A stretch of 63,711 nucleotides of DNA, counting the filler, from Octopus bimaculoides (Eukaryota), in assembly GCF_001194135.2 (NCBI RefSeq). It is 7 parts of 6 records of this genome, joined end to end, with 100 filler letters (N's around TTAATTAATTAA, not from the genome) between each part and the next. Parts side by side here need not be neighbours in the genome. Positions count along the whole stretch, not along the records: positions 23,950 to 48,667 come from NC_068993.1; 6 more parts are not named here. One strand, written 5' to 3'. The position numbers and the translations under genes were made by a program. The notes below the pieces were generated by a model. The model worked only from the letters and a program-made list of their open reading frames with translations, ran no database searches and was not told the origin of the DNA. Shown here piece after piece: positions 25,105-38,939 of this stretch; within the stretch, counting starts at the first letter, position 1, and each line of letters starts with the position of its first letter.

Positions 25105-25939
25105 TGTATGTATGCATGTATGTACATATATACGAAAATGTAATACGTAGATCCAGTGTGATTCGCGTTGACGTCATCTTCGGAATTTCAGGATTTACCG
25201 TTAAATTTGTTACAGTTCTTCCGGCGCATTTTTGTTTGTTCTTTTAGGACACGATTTCATTTATTGCTTCTATTTCAATAATAAATGCAGTTTCCAATCG
25301 ACTTTATAAATCACATTAGTCCTATGTAGCCTGTCCACGAGTTTAAATCTTTATGGTATGCCGTTAATAAATAAGTTTTACTGTTTAGTACATTTATATT
25401 GTCAATTTATGGTTTGGAGTTAGGCTTTTAATGTTCATTACAGGACTTTTAATAATGTTCTATCTATTCCAACGCTGATATGCGCTTATTTCCCATAATA
25501 TATCGTTTTGGAGTTTGGTGGTGCTCTTGAATCGTTATTGTATTCTATATTGTTTGTGGCACACAAATTAGTTTATTCGGTTTAAAAAATTATTTAGGTG
25601 ATATTACATAACCTAAACATTTCATGATGAAGTATTTGTCGAAGAGTATAATATTAATTTTTACAAAATAATCGTCTATATGCATAATTACGTACTTTTG
25701 TAAGTTTTAGATATAACGATTGACTAGCTGTTCACAAACTAACTGCCGAATCTGTTCTCCTCTATTATAAATTCATTATTTGCTCTACCGAAAGCATGTA
25801 GTCCTTATATAGGCATATAGATATACCGATGTTGACATACACTGAGGTTAGTAAATCAAACTAACTGGAGCATTTTATACATTCATTGAGGTTACCCAGC
25901 ATTAATAACCAATAAGTGTAACTACGGCACCCACTTGGA

Positions 25940-26087
25940 TTCTGTGTGGTAAGAAGCTTCCCAACCACATGATTCTGAGTTCAGTCCCATTGCGTGGCAC
26001 CTTGGACAAGTCTTTTCTACTACAGCCTCGGGCCGACCAAAGCCCTGTAAGTGGATTTTGTAGACGGAAACTGAAAGAAACCCATCG

Positions 26088-26119
<32 letters not shown>

Positions 26120-26120
26120 C

Positions 26121-26157
<37 letters not shown>

Positions 26158-26306
26158 CGACGAGTTTCTTTCAGTTTCCGTCTACCAAATTCACTCATAA
26201 AGCTTTGGTCGGCTAGAGACTATAGTAGAAGACATCTATCTAAGTTGCCACGCAGTAAGACATCTGCCACGCAGTAGTTTCTTACCATACAGTCCTGCCT
26301 GTGCCT
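25940..26306. mobile_element. Two SINE C heads converging on a shared (TATC)n tract (plus 25940-26089, minus 26156-26306)
   Basis: tgcgtggcac..gtagacggaaactgaaagaaacccatcgta (ATCT)n tacgacgagtttctttcagtttccgtctacc..tgccacgca; arms of about 100 bp, roughly 80% complementary. Confidence 0.85.
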
Positions 26307-26627
26307 GTAGAGAAATATCCAATAGAAAAAAAGGTGGCGAGGTGATTTTAACTATAGTCTCCCTGCATTCATTTCTTGATTTTGTATGTATTGTTTTTAT
26401 TTCATCTGAATTACAAAATTATCACCATTGTTTATTTTACAACATTTTGAAATCACTACCTAAATATTTTTCGAAGGAAATGGATTGTAATTAGGTGTTT
26501 GGTAACGGGCGCTTACGCTTAATCTCCTCTTTATGTGGCGGGGTGATTCTAACGATAGACTAGCTCTATAGACGGATCCTTCCAACTTTTGACTATAGTT
26601 GCTCGACAAAACTCGGATAATATCTTA

Positions 26628-27507
26628 CTAGCAGGACCTGTGAATAATTCATGTAATTAATGGTACACATATTTGGTTATTTATTAGAACTTTATCAAAA
26701 AAAAAAAAAAAAATGAAAGCGTAGCCGGTGTTGTGTCTGTATGGAAAGATAGTCGCTCATCTGCTACTCATTGAGAAGTGAAGGAAATTGGGATATGATG
26801 ATTAGTTAATGCACTTTATATATACACTTTATATACTTTATGCACATCTTTATAGATTTAATACACAGCACACATGAAATAAACATTCACTCCTATTTTT
26901 CCATTTTCACTATAAAAAATATATTGCACTTATGCGCATGCGTTAATTGATAGGTGATATCAAAAGACAGTTCAATTTTTAGAAAAATACACTTTTCACT
27001 ATCCAGTCACCACCGCCACCTCCACTACTACCATCACCATCATTATCTCACGCCCCTCTCTCACTGCCTTTCTTTAACCTCACCATCAGAACATCACCCC
27101 TCTACTAAAATTATACATTTAACTCTCCTCCTCTATATCATTACTACCTTCAACCAACTTTTTTAACCACGTAATAAATATTACGTTACCTCTACCTAAC
27201 ATTATTGATGCTTCTTTCTCTCTCTCACTATTCTCTCTCTCATCTTTCTCTCTCTCCTCTTTCTGTCTCCCACTTTTTCACTCTTCGCCTTATCCTCTTT
27301 TTCTTTCTCCTTTTCATTTCTTCTATTTCCTTTCAAATAATCACTTGAAAGTGTTACAATTACATTTCTTTTACCCCATGTCATAGACGCTTCTCTTTCC
27401 CACTTTTTGTCTCTCCCTCTTTCTTTACTCCCTCTTTATCTTTGATCTGAAAGCGTTGCCGACAGGCTAAGTAACGGAATGACAAACCGAATTATTATAA
27501 TGTGAGA
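26628..27507 (-). mobile_element. Non-autonomous Helitron, copy 1
   Basis: Minus-strand 5' TC after host A (t27508); 3' CTAG (26628-26631) before host T (a26627); decayed subterminal hairpin; no TSD; homologous to 33877-35329. Confidence 0.8.
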
Positions 27508-27899
27508 TATTGCAGGTTTCTTAGGAGTTGTCAATGAGCATTATCCTCGGTGATTTTCAAAAGATATTGAATGTTATTCACATCGGCAGAGTAACCGGCC
27601 TCTATATCTGAAAACGTCTTTTGATTCTTGTTTCGGATAATTAGGTTTTCACTTGGTAGAGGTTTTGATGGAATTGTTTTATCACTGTCCCTTCAGCAGC
27701 ACTGAAGAATCCCTCAGCGATGTATTGTTTATATTTACCCTTGAGCTGTCTTACACGTGTTATTTTCAAAGTGACATAAACGGAATATTTCCGGCTGCAT
27801 TTGGGAAAATTAGGACTTCGTTGGCCCTACTAAATATGGCCTTCAAGATGTGTCATGATGTACGGTCATGTCCGGGAGAGGCTGCACTTCATGTTAATA

Positions 27900-28850
27900 T
27901 TTCCATTATTTTTCTTTTTGTGATACGTTATTTCTCTTCTAGTTTTTTCTGGGATAGGCGGACCTTGAGATGGTTTGGTAGGGGAGGTCATCAGGAAGTC
28001 TCATGTGATATTCTTCGGTTATTCTATCCTTATTCGCAGTAATGTTGAACATTACGTAGGTATTTGGTGCACTCAATTTGTAGAATGGGAGAGACAGAGA
28101 AGCCATTGACGCAATGATGTTGGATTCAAAGAATAGGTTTTCAACGATTATTTGTTAAATATGAACATTTATTTTGGTTAAGCTCTCAATACCATGTCAG
28201 CTGAAAATATAATTACTTCTAATTGATTTTTCGGCGTTATAAATCTTTAGATTGTCCATGAAAGCATTATGCGTAATGTTTAGTATGTCATACTGTTTCA
28301 GATCCTAGGACATACTCAGTGGACATTCGTTGTAGAAATGACAGTGGAATTAGATTCAATAATACATAAGCAGCGTGAGATTATTATTGCTATATATTCC
28401 CGTTCAAGTGTCAATAGCATCGGAGACATTCGTCCCACTGTCAGTTACAACTGTGAGGATCGTACTCCGGGGCTTCATGGCCGTTAAGATGGTAGCAAAT
28501 AAGGTAGCATTTACATTTGCCAGTCACAGTAATTTCAGTACCCATAAGTGAAAAATGGAGACAAACGCTTTTCTGTAACCACGCCTTACTTTACAAGGTT
28601 TCTGCCGTTCTCCCTCCTTCATGTCGCTCGTTTGTCAGCAGTTCGGCGCTAATCCACTTTCCTTTCTCTCCAACTCACTACTCAACACATCTGTGGATTT
28701 ACCGTAAGATTCATAATGTTGTTGTTGGAATTGTTTCAAGTAGCTTGTGTAAAGTCACGTTATAATCTTAAGGCCTGCTATGAGCCTATAATTCCCTGTT
28801 ACGACAGACTTTTCGGGTTTGAACATAATGTTTGCTCGAGCTCTAAGCAA
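27900..28850 (-). mobile_element. Heavily decayed R4/Dong-type (RLE-clade) non-LTR reverse transcriptase; may extend to ~27530
   Basis: In correct order across frameshifts: GNYRLIAGL, YRKAFVSIFHLWVLKLL, TGIY, ITHNAFMDNLKIY (cf. INHLLFMDDLKLY), FSADM..NKC, KDRITEEY. Confidence 0.7.
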
Positions 28851-31139
28851 CATCTACATCTTAACCCGGCTTCCACTAGATGTTGATATATTTGTATGTC
28901 TTCCTATAATATCTCTTCCTGGGCCGTCCCATTATGTACTACTTTCCAACATCGATCGCATAACTGTTACCTATCTACAGTTCATGTTAGTCTGTCTTAT
29001 TAAAGTTTGTTGCATTTACTTTGATTATCAAGCATCTCAGAAGGTGAAGTGAGGTGTTCAGTGTCTAGTGTTTAGAGCAACGATGCAAGCACGTTGTTAT
29101 ACAACTTACTGGTAAAGTAAAGGTGCTGTTGTTTAAAGTAGGCATTATATGTCTGTTATTTTTTAAAAGTGGAGAGCATTATCGCTACAAGAATCTGACA
29201 CACATCTGCCAAGGACATAAATCCATGCAGACCTTTCTCATCCGAATTTTACATTATAATCACGAAACTAATTTAGCTTGCATGAGGCTGATTCTGCTGA
29301 ACGTATCAATTACTTCCGATTTTCTTTCAGTGTAAGTACCACTATCTTGGATGGTACAAAAGTTTTTAAAACACAATTTATAACAAGTAATGTAGTCGTA
29401 GCTCGCTCCTGCAAGCAATATATATAATTTGAAGCGACATACATTTACTGAATTTATAACAGTTTATCATTTTCTGATTGAATGAATGGGCTTTCTCATA
29501 TGGAGCTAACAGTTCTGTTTCGATCTCTTTTTTGAGAAGGGCAATCTGCTGTAGCAAATATTACGCCACTCACATGCTAGAAATTAAAATGCTACTACAG
29601 AAACTTTTGAAATAAATGTTGTGTGCAGCAGAGATTTGAAGACGACATTAATCGAGGCAAACATCTTTAATCATACTCCCAATCTACATAAGAGTTTTGT
29701 CTTCATGTATCTTTATAGAGTTGCTGTCTTCGCCCTGGATCAGCCGAAATTCACAAGAAATTCGTGAAAAGTAATATAAAGCTGAGAAACAATGCTGAAG
29801 CAAAATCTCTATGTATGCTCCCATGGTATATAAACGCTCTCTAGTCAATGGGCTCAGGAACTTCAGGGGCGTGTAGGACACAGAAAACTGAAGTAGAAAA
29901 TGCTGCAGCATTCGATGCTGGAGTCTATGGAAATATGAACACGATTTAGACCATTTATTTGTCCAGCTCTGTTGTCTGACTGCTTACTTTGCAAGGAGTA
30001 GAAATAGGGCACGGTATGTAGAGGGGTACTGTCTACCATGACAAAAGGATCCTGCTTTGTGTGTCCAGTGCGAGTTGGTGCAAGACTTGATGAAGCTGAT
30101 TGCTAAAGCCGAAGGACTAGCAAAAGGGTCAAGTAATGCTTTGATGCTCCATAGAGATAGTTCTATTAAAGTAAAGTCATCTACAAAATGAAAATCTCTC
30201 TGAGAATTCTCTCTTACTTTGGTTCAAGCTTTGAGGCATTGCAGATTGAAAATGACGTCAACCGTCTTACACTGGATGCGTATATCTACGTCAACACCTC
30301 TGAATGCGATTCGTAACATGTAGAAGCAGATTCCAAAGACTACACGCTTGGTTGACAGTTTCTTGGTGATGTTTCCGTTATCCACCACGAAAGCCAGCAT
30401 CATACCGTTGAGGAGTATGGATAAAGTCTGAGCCACTATTCTTCCTGTACTTTCCCTGATCCGAAGTAGTAGCATCATTCTGAGACCTATTATCCGGATG
30501 AAGGATATCCCAGCGTTCCCAGGGCAGATGAAGGAACTCAGCTCCTTAGATGCTTAAGTAAGAGTAGGTAACTCCGTACAGATCCGGCATACTGAAAACT
30601 TCATTTTTCGTGACACTTCTCCCATCAGATCAATACAAGTTTGAAGGAGAAGCAGTGGGACATGCTTTGCCGAAACGAAGCATACATTAATGATGTATGT
30701 ATGTATGTATGTATGTATGTATGTATGTATGTATGTGTGTATGCATGCATGTATCTATCTATCTATCTACCGATATATACATGTGTGTTTGTGCGTATGT
30801 TTATGTATATATGCATATGTTTTTGTATATATATATATATATATATGAATATATATACAGAGAGGANNNNNNNNNNNNNNNNNNNNNNNNNNNNNNNNNN
30901 NNNNNNNNNNNNNNNNNNNNNNNNNNNNNNNNNNNNNNNNNNNNNNNNNNNNNNNNNNNNNNNNNNCAGAGAGATACAATATCGTCATATATGTGCACAC
31001 AGGCACAGGTTCAAGCTCACACAAATATTCACATATACTGTATTTTCATGTTTAAATAATATAAATGTTATGAATATATATATATACGGGCGCGCCACCA
31101 CACACAGATGCGCTCGAACACACGTATACACACACACAT

Positions 31140-31170
<31 letters not shown>

Positions 31171-33876
31171 AATATATATATAAAGATGGATGGATGCATG
31201 CATGTATTATGTATGTATGTATGTGATTGAGGTGATTTGACAAACGTAAGAAAAGAGCCCGCAGATCCTTTGACAGGAGTCATATATATAACTTAATAAG
31301 ATTTTGACTCACCTCCAAGTCACTTAATCTAAATAGGTTGGTAGAATTAACGAGAGTCAACGAGCCTACGAATCTGAAGTTGGATAAGACTGTGTTAAAC
31401 AGTTTTTAAAGCATATGTACATATACATACGTACAAATTTACATACATATATATATACATACATGCATGCATGAAAGCATACACACATATATGCACACAT
31501 ACATACATGCATATATTCATGCATGCAAGCATGCATAGATAGGGTGGTAAATAGACAAACAGACAGACAGACAGACAGATGGATAGATAGATAGATCGAT
31601 CGATCGATCGATAGATAGATAGATAGTTCATATGCATGTATGCATATGTGTGTCAGGATGTATGATTTTGGTGTTGTATAAGTGTGTTCTTAAACATTTG
31701 TATATTACCCCAACTGTATAAAATAATGAGTATTGTTATTTGGTGATATTCGAATATTATATTAACGTAACAAAGACGACTAGAACTGAGTGTGGAGGGA
31801 ATTCAGTTATGACGTGTTGTTCTTTTCTAAGTGTACAGAGACTTGAAAAGATCCTGTTAATGCAGGAGCATTTAGTAGACGACTCCGCATATCGAGAGCC
31901 AGTACATCTTGGAAAGCATCAGGAGAGTATGTAGACCGTTTAGGGGCCATTCTCTCGACGGCTTTACAGCTGATGTGGGGATCCATTTAATGCCTCGACT
32001 GATCACGAATCATTTTGAGATCATCACCTCTGTAGTCAGGTCTCGTCATTCCTTTTCAGCCATATCCGATTCTGGCATTGCAAACTTCTTAAATGTCATC
32101 TGGTCCTTCGTGTTTAAGAAAATAACTTCTGGATCCTGACTGTCAGATACTGTGAAATTTGAGACCCAAGGAAGATCAACAATATTCCCAGAAATTCAAT
32201 GAGGGCCATTGCCAATCATTTCCTTGTGTCGAAGCCAAAAGTTTGGAGCAATTTTTTAAAAATTAAAATTATGCCCAAGTATATTTCTATCCAAATATAT
32301 ACAATGCATATATTTGGGTATTTAACAGAAAACTTCTAATTTTCATACCTATGTTCCGAGTTTTTGCCTCGACACTAGGCATGTGGGGAGAGGTACAAGT
32401 CCTATGTTATCAGATGAGAGCAGTTCATGTCCGACAAAACCCGGGAAAACCATGCGATCTACTCGAAGCACTTGCTGAACATCTCAACCACCTCGAAGAA
32501 CTCGACATTCACTGGTTTTTCACAGATGAGAACTTTCCCCAGTATCGGAAATTGAACAGGAAGACTAACAGATGAATCTGCAACAGGCCTACTGAACTCC
32601 CTACTGTTAAGTAGGTATTCTTTTGTGGTCTTTGGTGGTAGACTTTGGTGGTCTTTGAGGTCGTGATCAATAAGTACCATGTCGTGTATACTCATTTTCC
32701 CAGCAAGGCTCTGCTCCCTCTCACACAACCGGCACGACCCAGGAGTAGTTGGCTGTTATGATCATGTTACCCCAAACATTTAAACTCCTAAGTGTTCTGA
32801 GTTAACCCGTCTCGCGAACTACTACATCTGAGGCGTCTTTGAGAGGGACAGCAGAAGGTATGCTCATAACGGCAAGGACTCATTGATGTCTGCTACTGGG
32901 AGCGATATGGCCAACATGAATAAGATCAACTGATCAAGGTATTTAATCACTTTAGAAGTTGTATCGAGGAAGTAATCGAAGCTGATGTAGGTTTTATTAA
33001 TTAGCTTTTCGGTCGTGTAAGATCATGCCTTCCACATTCTATATAAATATATTAATTTTTTCCAACAAATAGTTTTTGTTTTCCTTATATTAAAATTTTG
33101 TTCTGAAATAGCTGGCGCTTTGTGTGCGTGTGTGTGTGTGTGTGTGTGCGTGTGTGTGTGCGTGTGTGTGTGTGTTTGTATGCGTGTGTGTGCGTGCGTG
33201 TTTGTGTGTCTATGTGTGTATGTTTGTGTGTGTGCGTGTGTGTTGTGTGTGGATGTGCAAATATATATTCACGTAATCTTTATATGAATATATACACACA
33301 CACACACACGCACGCACTCACATACATGCACACACATACGTGTATATTATTTTAGTCGTTTCAGCCAGGCGCTGTAGTCTTGCTGGAACACAGCCGTCAA
33401 AAACTTAGAAATATTCTGGACTGACGTGACCAAGATTTGCACTTGGATTACCACAGCCACAACGTGGGGCGTTAACCTCTAGACGAATACTATATAGATT
33501 GTGGAAACACAAAGCATATTGTAGACCACAAAGTTATGTATATCATATTACAAGCAAATTAGAAAAGTGACTGAATGGTGCCGATAATTTATTAATGTAT
33601 TTATGTCGCTTTCACTTTTATATTTGATGGTATTATTTCGAGAAAACAGTAGTTGGCCTAACATTGGGGTTTGGATAACAACAACAATAATTGTTACGAA
33701 TCGAACTTTTAAGAACGTCTTTCTAACTATTACTGTTTCCCTTGGTGATAAAATATCTGTAAAGTTTCACTTGTTTCTTTCTTTGCCTGAACATTTCTAG
33801 ATTTCTCTAGATTAAGATTTAGACATATACTAACATAAACGTTTACAGTAATAATTTTACATTATTCTTATGACCA

Positions 33877-35329
33877 CTAGCGGGACCCGTGAATGTTTCA
33901 CGGAATTAATGGTAAACCTATTGGCTTATTTCTGAAGACTTTATCCAAAAGAAAACTGAGAGTGTAGCCTGTGTTGTGTCTGTATGGAAAGATAGTCGCT
34001 CATCTGCTACTCATTGAAAAGTGAAGGAAATTGGGATATGATGATTAGTTAATGTGCTTTGTATATACACTTTGTATAATTTATGCACAATTCTACGGAC
34101 TTAATACACAGAACTTATAAAATAAATATTCACTATTATTTTTCCATCTTTCCCATAAAGAAAAGAAAAACATCCTTCACATTTGGTACAAACTTTAGTT
34201 AAATTGCATTTATCGGCCACGTAAATAAGCTTGAATATTTCACGGAATTGCCCTTATGCGCATGCATTAAGTGATAGGTAATATAAAAAATTTAGTTCAA
34301 TTTAAAAACTAAATACAGTTTTCACTATCCAATCACCACCACCACCACCACCTCTCTTTCCTTATCTCCAACTTCACCTCTCCTCGTCTCTCTCCTCGTC
34401 TCTCTCCTCCTCTCTCTCCTCCTCTCTCTCCTCCTCTCTTTCCTCCTCTCTCTCCTCCTCTCTTTCCTTATCTCCGACTTCACCTCTCCTCCTCTCTCTC
34501 CTCCTCNNNNNNNNNNNNNNNNNNNNNNNNNNNNNNNNNNNNNNNNNNNNNNNNNNNNNNNNNNNNNNNNNNNNNNNNNNNNNNNNNNNNNNNNNNNNNN
34601 NNNNNNNNNNNNNNNNNNNNNNNNNNNNNNNNNNNNNNNNNNNNNNNNNNNNNNNNNNNNNNNNNNNNNNNNNNNNNNNNNNNNNNNNNNNNNNNNNNNN
34701 NNNNNNNNNNNNNNNNNNNNNNNNNNNNNNNNNNNNNNNNNNNNNNNNNNNNNNNNNNNNNNNNNNNNNNNNNNNNNNNNNNNNNNNNNNNNNNNNNNNN
34801 NNNNNNNNNNNNNTCTCTCTCCTCCTATCTCTCTCCTCCTCTCTCTCCTCCACTCTCTCCTCCCCCCTCTCTCCTCGCCCCCCTCTCTCTCCTTCTCGCT
34901 GTCTTTGCCTTTCTTTAACCTCACCATCAGAACATCACCCTTCTCCTAAAATCATATTTTAAACTCTGCTACTCTACCTTTAACTAAGTTTTTAACCACG
35001 TAATAAATATGGACGCTCCTGCCTCCCTATTTTTCTTTGTTTCGCTTTCTTTCTCTCTCTTTGCCTTATTCTCTTTTCACTCTCCTTTTCCTTTCACGTC
35101 TCTTTCCGTTCAATTAATCATGTGAACGCGTTACAATTACATTCTCTCAAACTCACCTCATGGAGTTTCTGACTCCCTCTTTTTCACCCTCCCTCTTTTT
35201 CACCCTCCCTCTCATTCACCCTCCCTCTCATTCACCCTCCCTCTCTCCCTTGTCGCTCCTTTTCTGTGATCACGTGAAAGCATTAACGACAGGCTAAGTA
35301 ACGCAACGACGAGCATAATTATTATAAGA
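33877..35329 (-). mobile_element. Non-autonomous Helitron, copy 2, with internal CT-rich tandem expansions and a gap
   Basis: 5' A|TCTTATAATAATT; 3' hairpin ccgtgaa-aca-ttcacgg, 6 nt, then CTAG|T; long shared blocks with copy 1 (gtgttgtgtctgtatggaaagatagtcgctcatctgctactcattga; acaggctaagtaacg). Confidence 0.85.
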
Positions 35330-35426
35330 TGGACGAACAATGAGGGATTATTTTCAAAGCAACGGTGTCGCTCTTTGCGAATGGTAGACAAAGTCGGCTC
35401 ACATTACACACACACACACATTTATA

Positions 35427-35464
<38 letters not shown>

Positions 35465-35474
35465 NNNNNNNNNN

Positions 35475-35510
<36 letters not shown>

Positions 35511-37508
35511 GCACACCCATACACATAAGTACACATATGTATTAATATATTATGAGATGTTATAACGTCAAGATAAGGAGTACATTTCTCTTCATATGAT
35601 AATCAAAATCCCCAAAACAAACTTGTTTTTATTGATATCATAGTTTATTTTATTCTGGTTTTTGAGTAAGTTCAAACTTTGCAGGGGGTTTGCAGTGCGA
35701 TATGATGACATATTGGAATGTCGTAACATTGTTATATTTATCTGATCACATTATTGCAACTTACACGTTACATTCATAAATATTGATTTCAAACTTTGGT
35801 TCAAGACCGTACCTTCAAGGCTTCACCTTTCATACCTAAATCGAATTCTGTACTCGAATACTACTAATTAGTTTATCGGTCTGGGAAGAATGAAACGTCA
35901 AATCGTCATTCGTCATCAGTGGCTTTCACTCAGAACATAGCGGAATGCAACTAAATAAATCATACTTTATATTCCGGCATTCGAGTGATTCTGTCATTCC
36001 CCCGTCGTTCCAGTGCATAAATATTTATATCGGATTTACTGTTATTGTAATAGGTGTGTTGTCAAATGAGCAGGAAACTCAACTGAACAACAATTTACAC
36101 ACATAATATTTATTACGAAATATATAACATGACACTTGAATTATTCATATCTGCGCCATTGTGTGGACCGATGTACGTGTTTATGTTTCGATGTGTGTGC
36201 ATTGTTGCAGGCGTGTGTGTGTATGTGTGTGTGTTTGTGTATGTATATGTGTATGTGTATTTGTGTGTGCGTGTGTAAATATGCATTTGCATGTTTGGAT
36301 TTTCAGAAATCTATCAGTGCTACTAATGATTAATAAAAATAGTAATTTTCAGTAAAATTACAAAGAAAATAACTGAAAAGTCAAAAACGTTAATTATTGT
36401 TTTATGTTATTAAATTCCATAAAATTGATAACAGCCACAAATATTCCTCTCATGAGAGTATTGCTATTTATTCAGCCGAAAAATCTGTCGCTCGCTTTCC
36501 GTCAAAGGGATGCACACATTTCAGGACAGTCCAGGTTACTGAGATGTAGGTTGCTGCCTTATAATGGTGTGTTTTCTGTTTCAGAGTGATTGCGCTACAA
36601 CATCCATATGTGTGGTTTTATTTTGTAGCGTAGAAGTAATATCAGTTAACATGACTGATTGAATAAGTAATATCAATTACCACTAATTCTGGGAATATGA
36701 ATAATTGAAACTGCTGATTATCTATTCCTATCATTTTCACTGGAAATATATTCACGAGGTTTTCCTGCTTATTTTGTGATCGGTTTTCTCTGATTACAAA
36801 CTTTATCAGCTGCTCGGAAGTCTCCTATTTACAAATTTTCAAACAATATCGTTCAGTTAGAAATACGCTTGCAGAACCTACTCTACATTGGCTCCCTCCT
36901 TTATCATATACCAGGTTCCACCATCTCAATAACGCAGCCACCATGTACGAAAAACACTTCCATTATCCAATGCATGACAATGCTCGGTCTTATTATATAC
37001 GATATCCTAACCAAACGTTTTAATATTTCTCCTGTTATATGAAATCTATTCCTATGTCAGGGAACATGCTATAAAGATAAGCTCACTACAAGTATTAAAA
37101 AAAAATATGATGCGAAAATTGAACTCTGTTCCACAATAAAGTTTCCCCACTGTAGTTTCTAAGAATATGCCTCCCGTAACATCAAGTCTCAAGTATTTTT
37201 CAGCTGCTATTGATTTGTGATCCCTCTTTGAGAAGTTGGGCGAAAGCAATGTTGCGGCAAAATATTCGATCTTTTCGCACAATGTTAAATTCCGTGATAA
37301 TTTGCTCCTTCTTAGTAATATTCTATTTATCGAATATGATATTTATTCCCATACCTCAGCTTTGCAGCATGTAGGGACGGAAGTCTCTGTTTGTCAAAGC
37401 TAAGCTAGCCTCAGATTTGTGAATATATCTCAACGTATTCTTCCTGTAACTTAAGACCTTGTTAATAGATGAAAAAATATATTCCCATGAATATAAGCAT
37501 AATACGTC

Positions 37509-37715
37509 TACGAAGGGGCGCTGAAAAGTTCCTGGTTTTAAGGGCATCGCTAAAGGCCTGGCTGGAGGCGCAACTTTCTTAGTTCTTTTGCAGGGCTTAG
37601 AAAAGCTGAAGGACAACTGTAATAAGTGCGGGAATCTGAAAGGGAAATAAGTTGAATAAAATATCCCAGCATTTTCTTTGATCCGAAGCCAGGAACTTTT
37701 CAGCATCTCCTCGTA
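37509..37715 (+). mobile_element. Internally deleted mariner (MITE) with ~28-bp TIRs and TA target dinucleotides
   Basis: tacgaaggggcgctgaaaagttcctggttt ... aagccaggaacttttcagcatctcctcgta; interior encodes QGLEKLKDNCNKCGNLKGK*VE*, a mariner transposase C-terminal remnant. Confidence 0.85.
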
Positions 37716-38337
37716 CATCTCATTATATATTGATTTTGCAGTAAGTATATAGAAATATTGCTTGTGCCTACTGTCTGTTGACCAGAAGTATGAAATCTTA
37801 TGTAGATATTCATATGTTTACGTCTAAATCTGTAGAAAAGACTCATACGAATTTCTGTAGCGTTCTGCATCAAAGGTTACACACACTTGGAACTGTTTTA
37901 GTTGAATATCATATTTTATACACGTGTCATGTTAGCAGCACGTTGCTTTGCAACGTCCAATTTCAGAGAAAAATGACGCTACGTGAGGTTATCCGCGCCA
38001 CTTCTGAAATATAAATTAACAGTGGGGCAAAATGAGTATTCTCTCCTCTTTTGCTGTTTTCTTCTTATATGTTTAAAACCATTACATTGCACGTATTACA
38101 TCATCATTTCATACTGCTGCATCAGCTTTGGGAGCAAAAGTTGCTAATCATAGTTGTTGCTGAAGTTGAAAGAATATGAGACATATTTAAGTAACAGGTA
38201 CTTTTTTTTAAGGTAGAGAACAGTTGTAAGAGATATATTTTTTTCTGAAATGCAGTATATCGTACTCATTGCGTCGTTCCCCAACTATTCTGAGAAAAGA
38301 GAGGGGGAGAAAGAAAGAAAAAAAGAAAGAAAGAAAA

Positions 38338-38369
<32 letters not shown>

Positions 38370-38894
38370 TAGTCAAACAGAGAAGACTCGCACCAATACG
38401 TACCATTATTTATTCATTGATGCAAAAAGAAATTTGAACCCAACAAATACTACCCAACAATTAAAACACTCCAGCTATCCGATGTCTTTATATATTGTTT
38501 ACTGCAAAGACATTTTCATCTTCGGCAAAGTCAGTCATTCAAAACGGAAACTGATATGGGTGTGGACGGCCAAAATATTCTAAATCAAATTTCAAACAGA
38601 CTATCGGGAAATGAAAACTCATAAGAATAACAGCTGTAAAATCTTGGTGTAAATCGTGTTTCAAGCGAGAAAATTAAGAGCTTTTCAGCTAGAGAGAGTC
38701 GAATGGCAATGCCTGCAGGGCATAAGAAGCCATAAGATAATTGTGTGTGGTAAAATGTTCGATTTTACTGTCGACAACCAATAATAGGCTCCTCCATGAA
38801 GGAGAGTGGATCAGACGTTATAAAGATTCACCATTGCTTATTTAACGAATTTATAGATTAACACAGTTGAGAATTTGTGGGCCTATCTACGTAA

Positions 38895-38939
<45 letters not shown>

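Noticed and set aside
31740-33020. GC-richer segments that look like decayed LINE (L1/Tx1-like) coding sequence
   Set aside because: I could not find RT or endonuclease motifs in a consistent order by eye; needs a frameshift-aware protein search.
37141-38035. Tc1-like TIR words ttccccactgta (37143) and cagtggggcaaaa (38019)
   Set aside because: They face outward and are short, so they cannot bound one element; no transposase remnant recognised.
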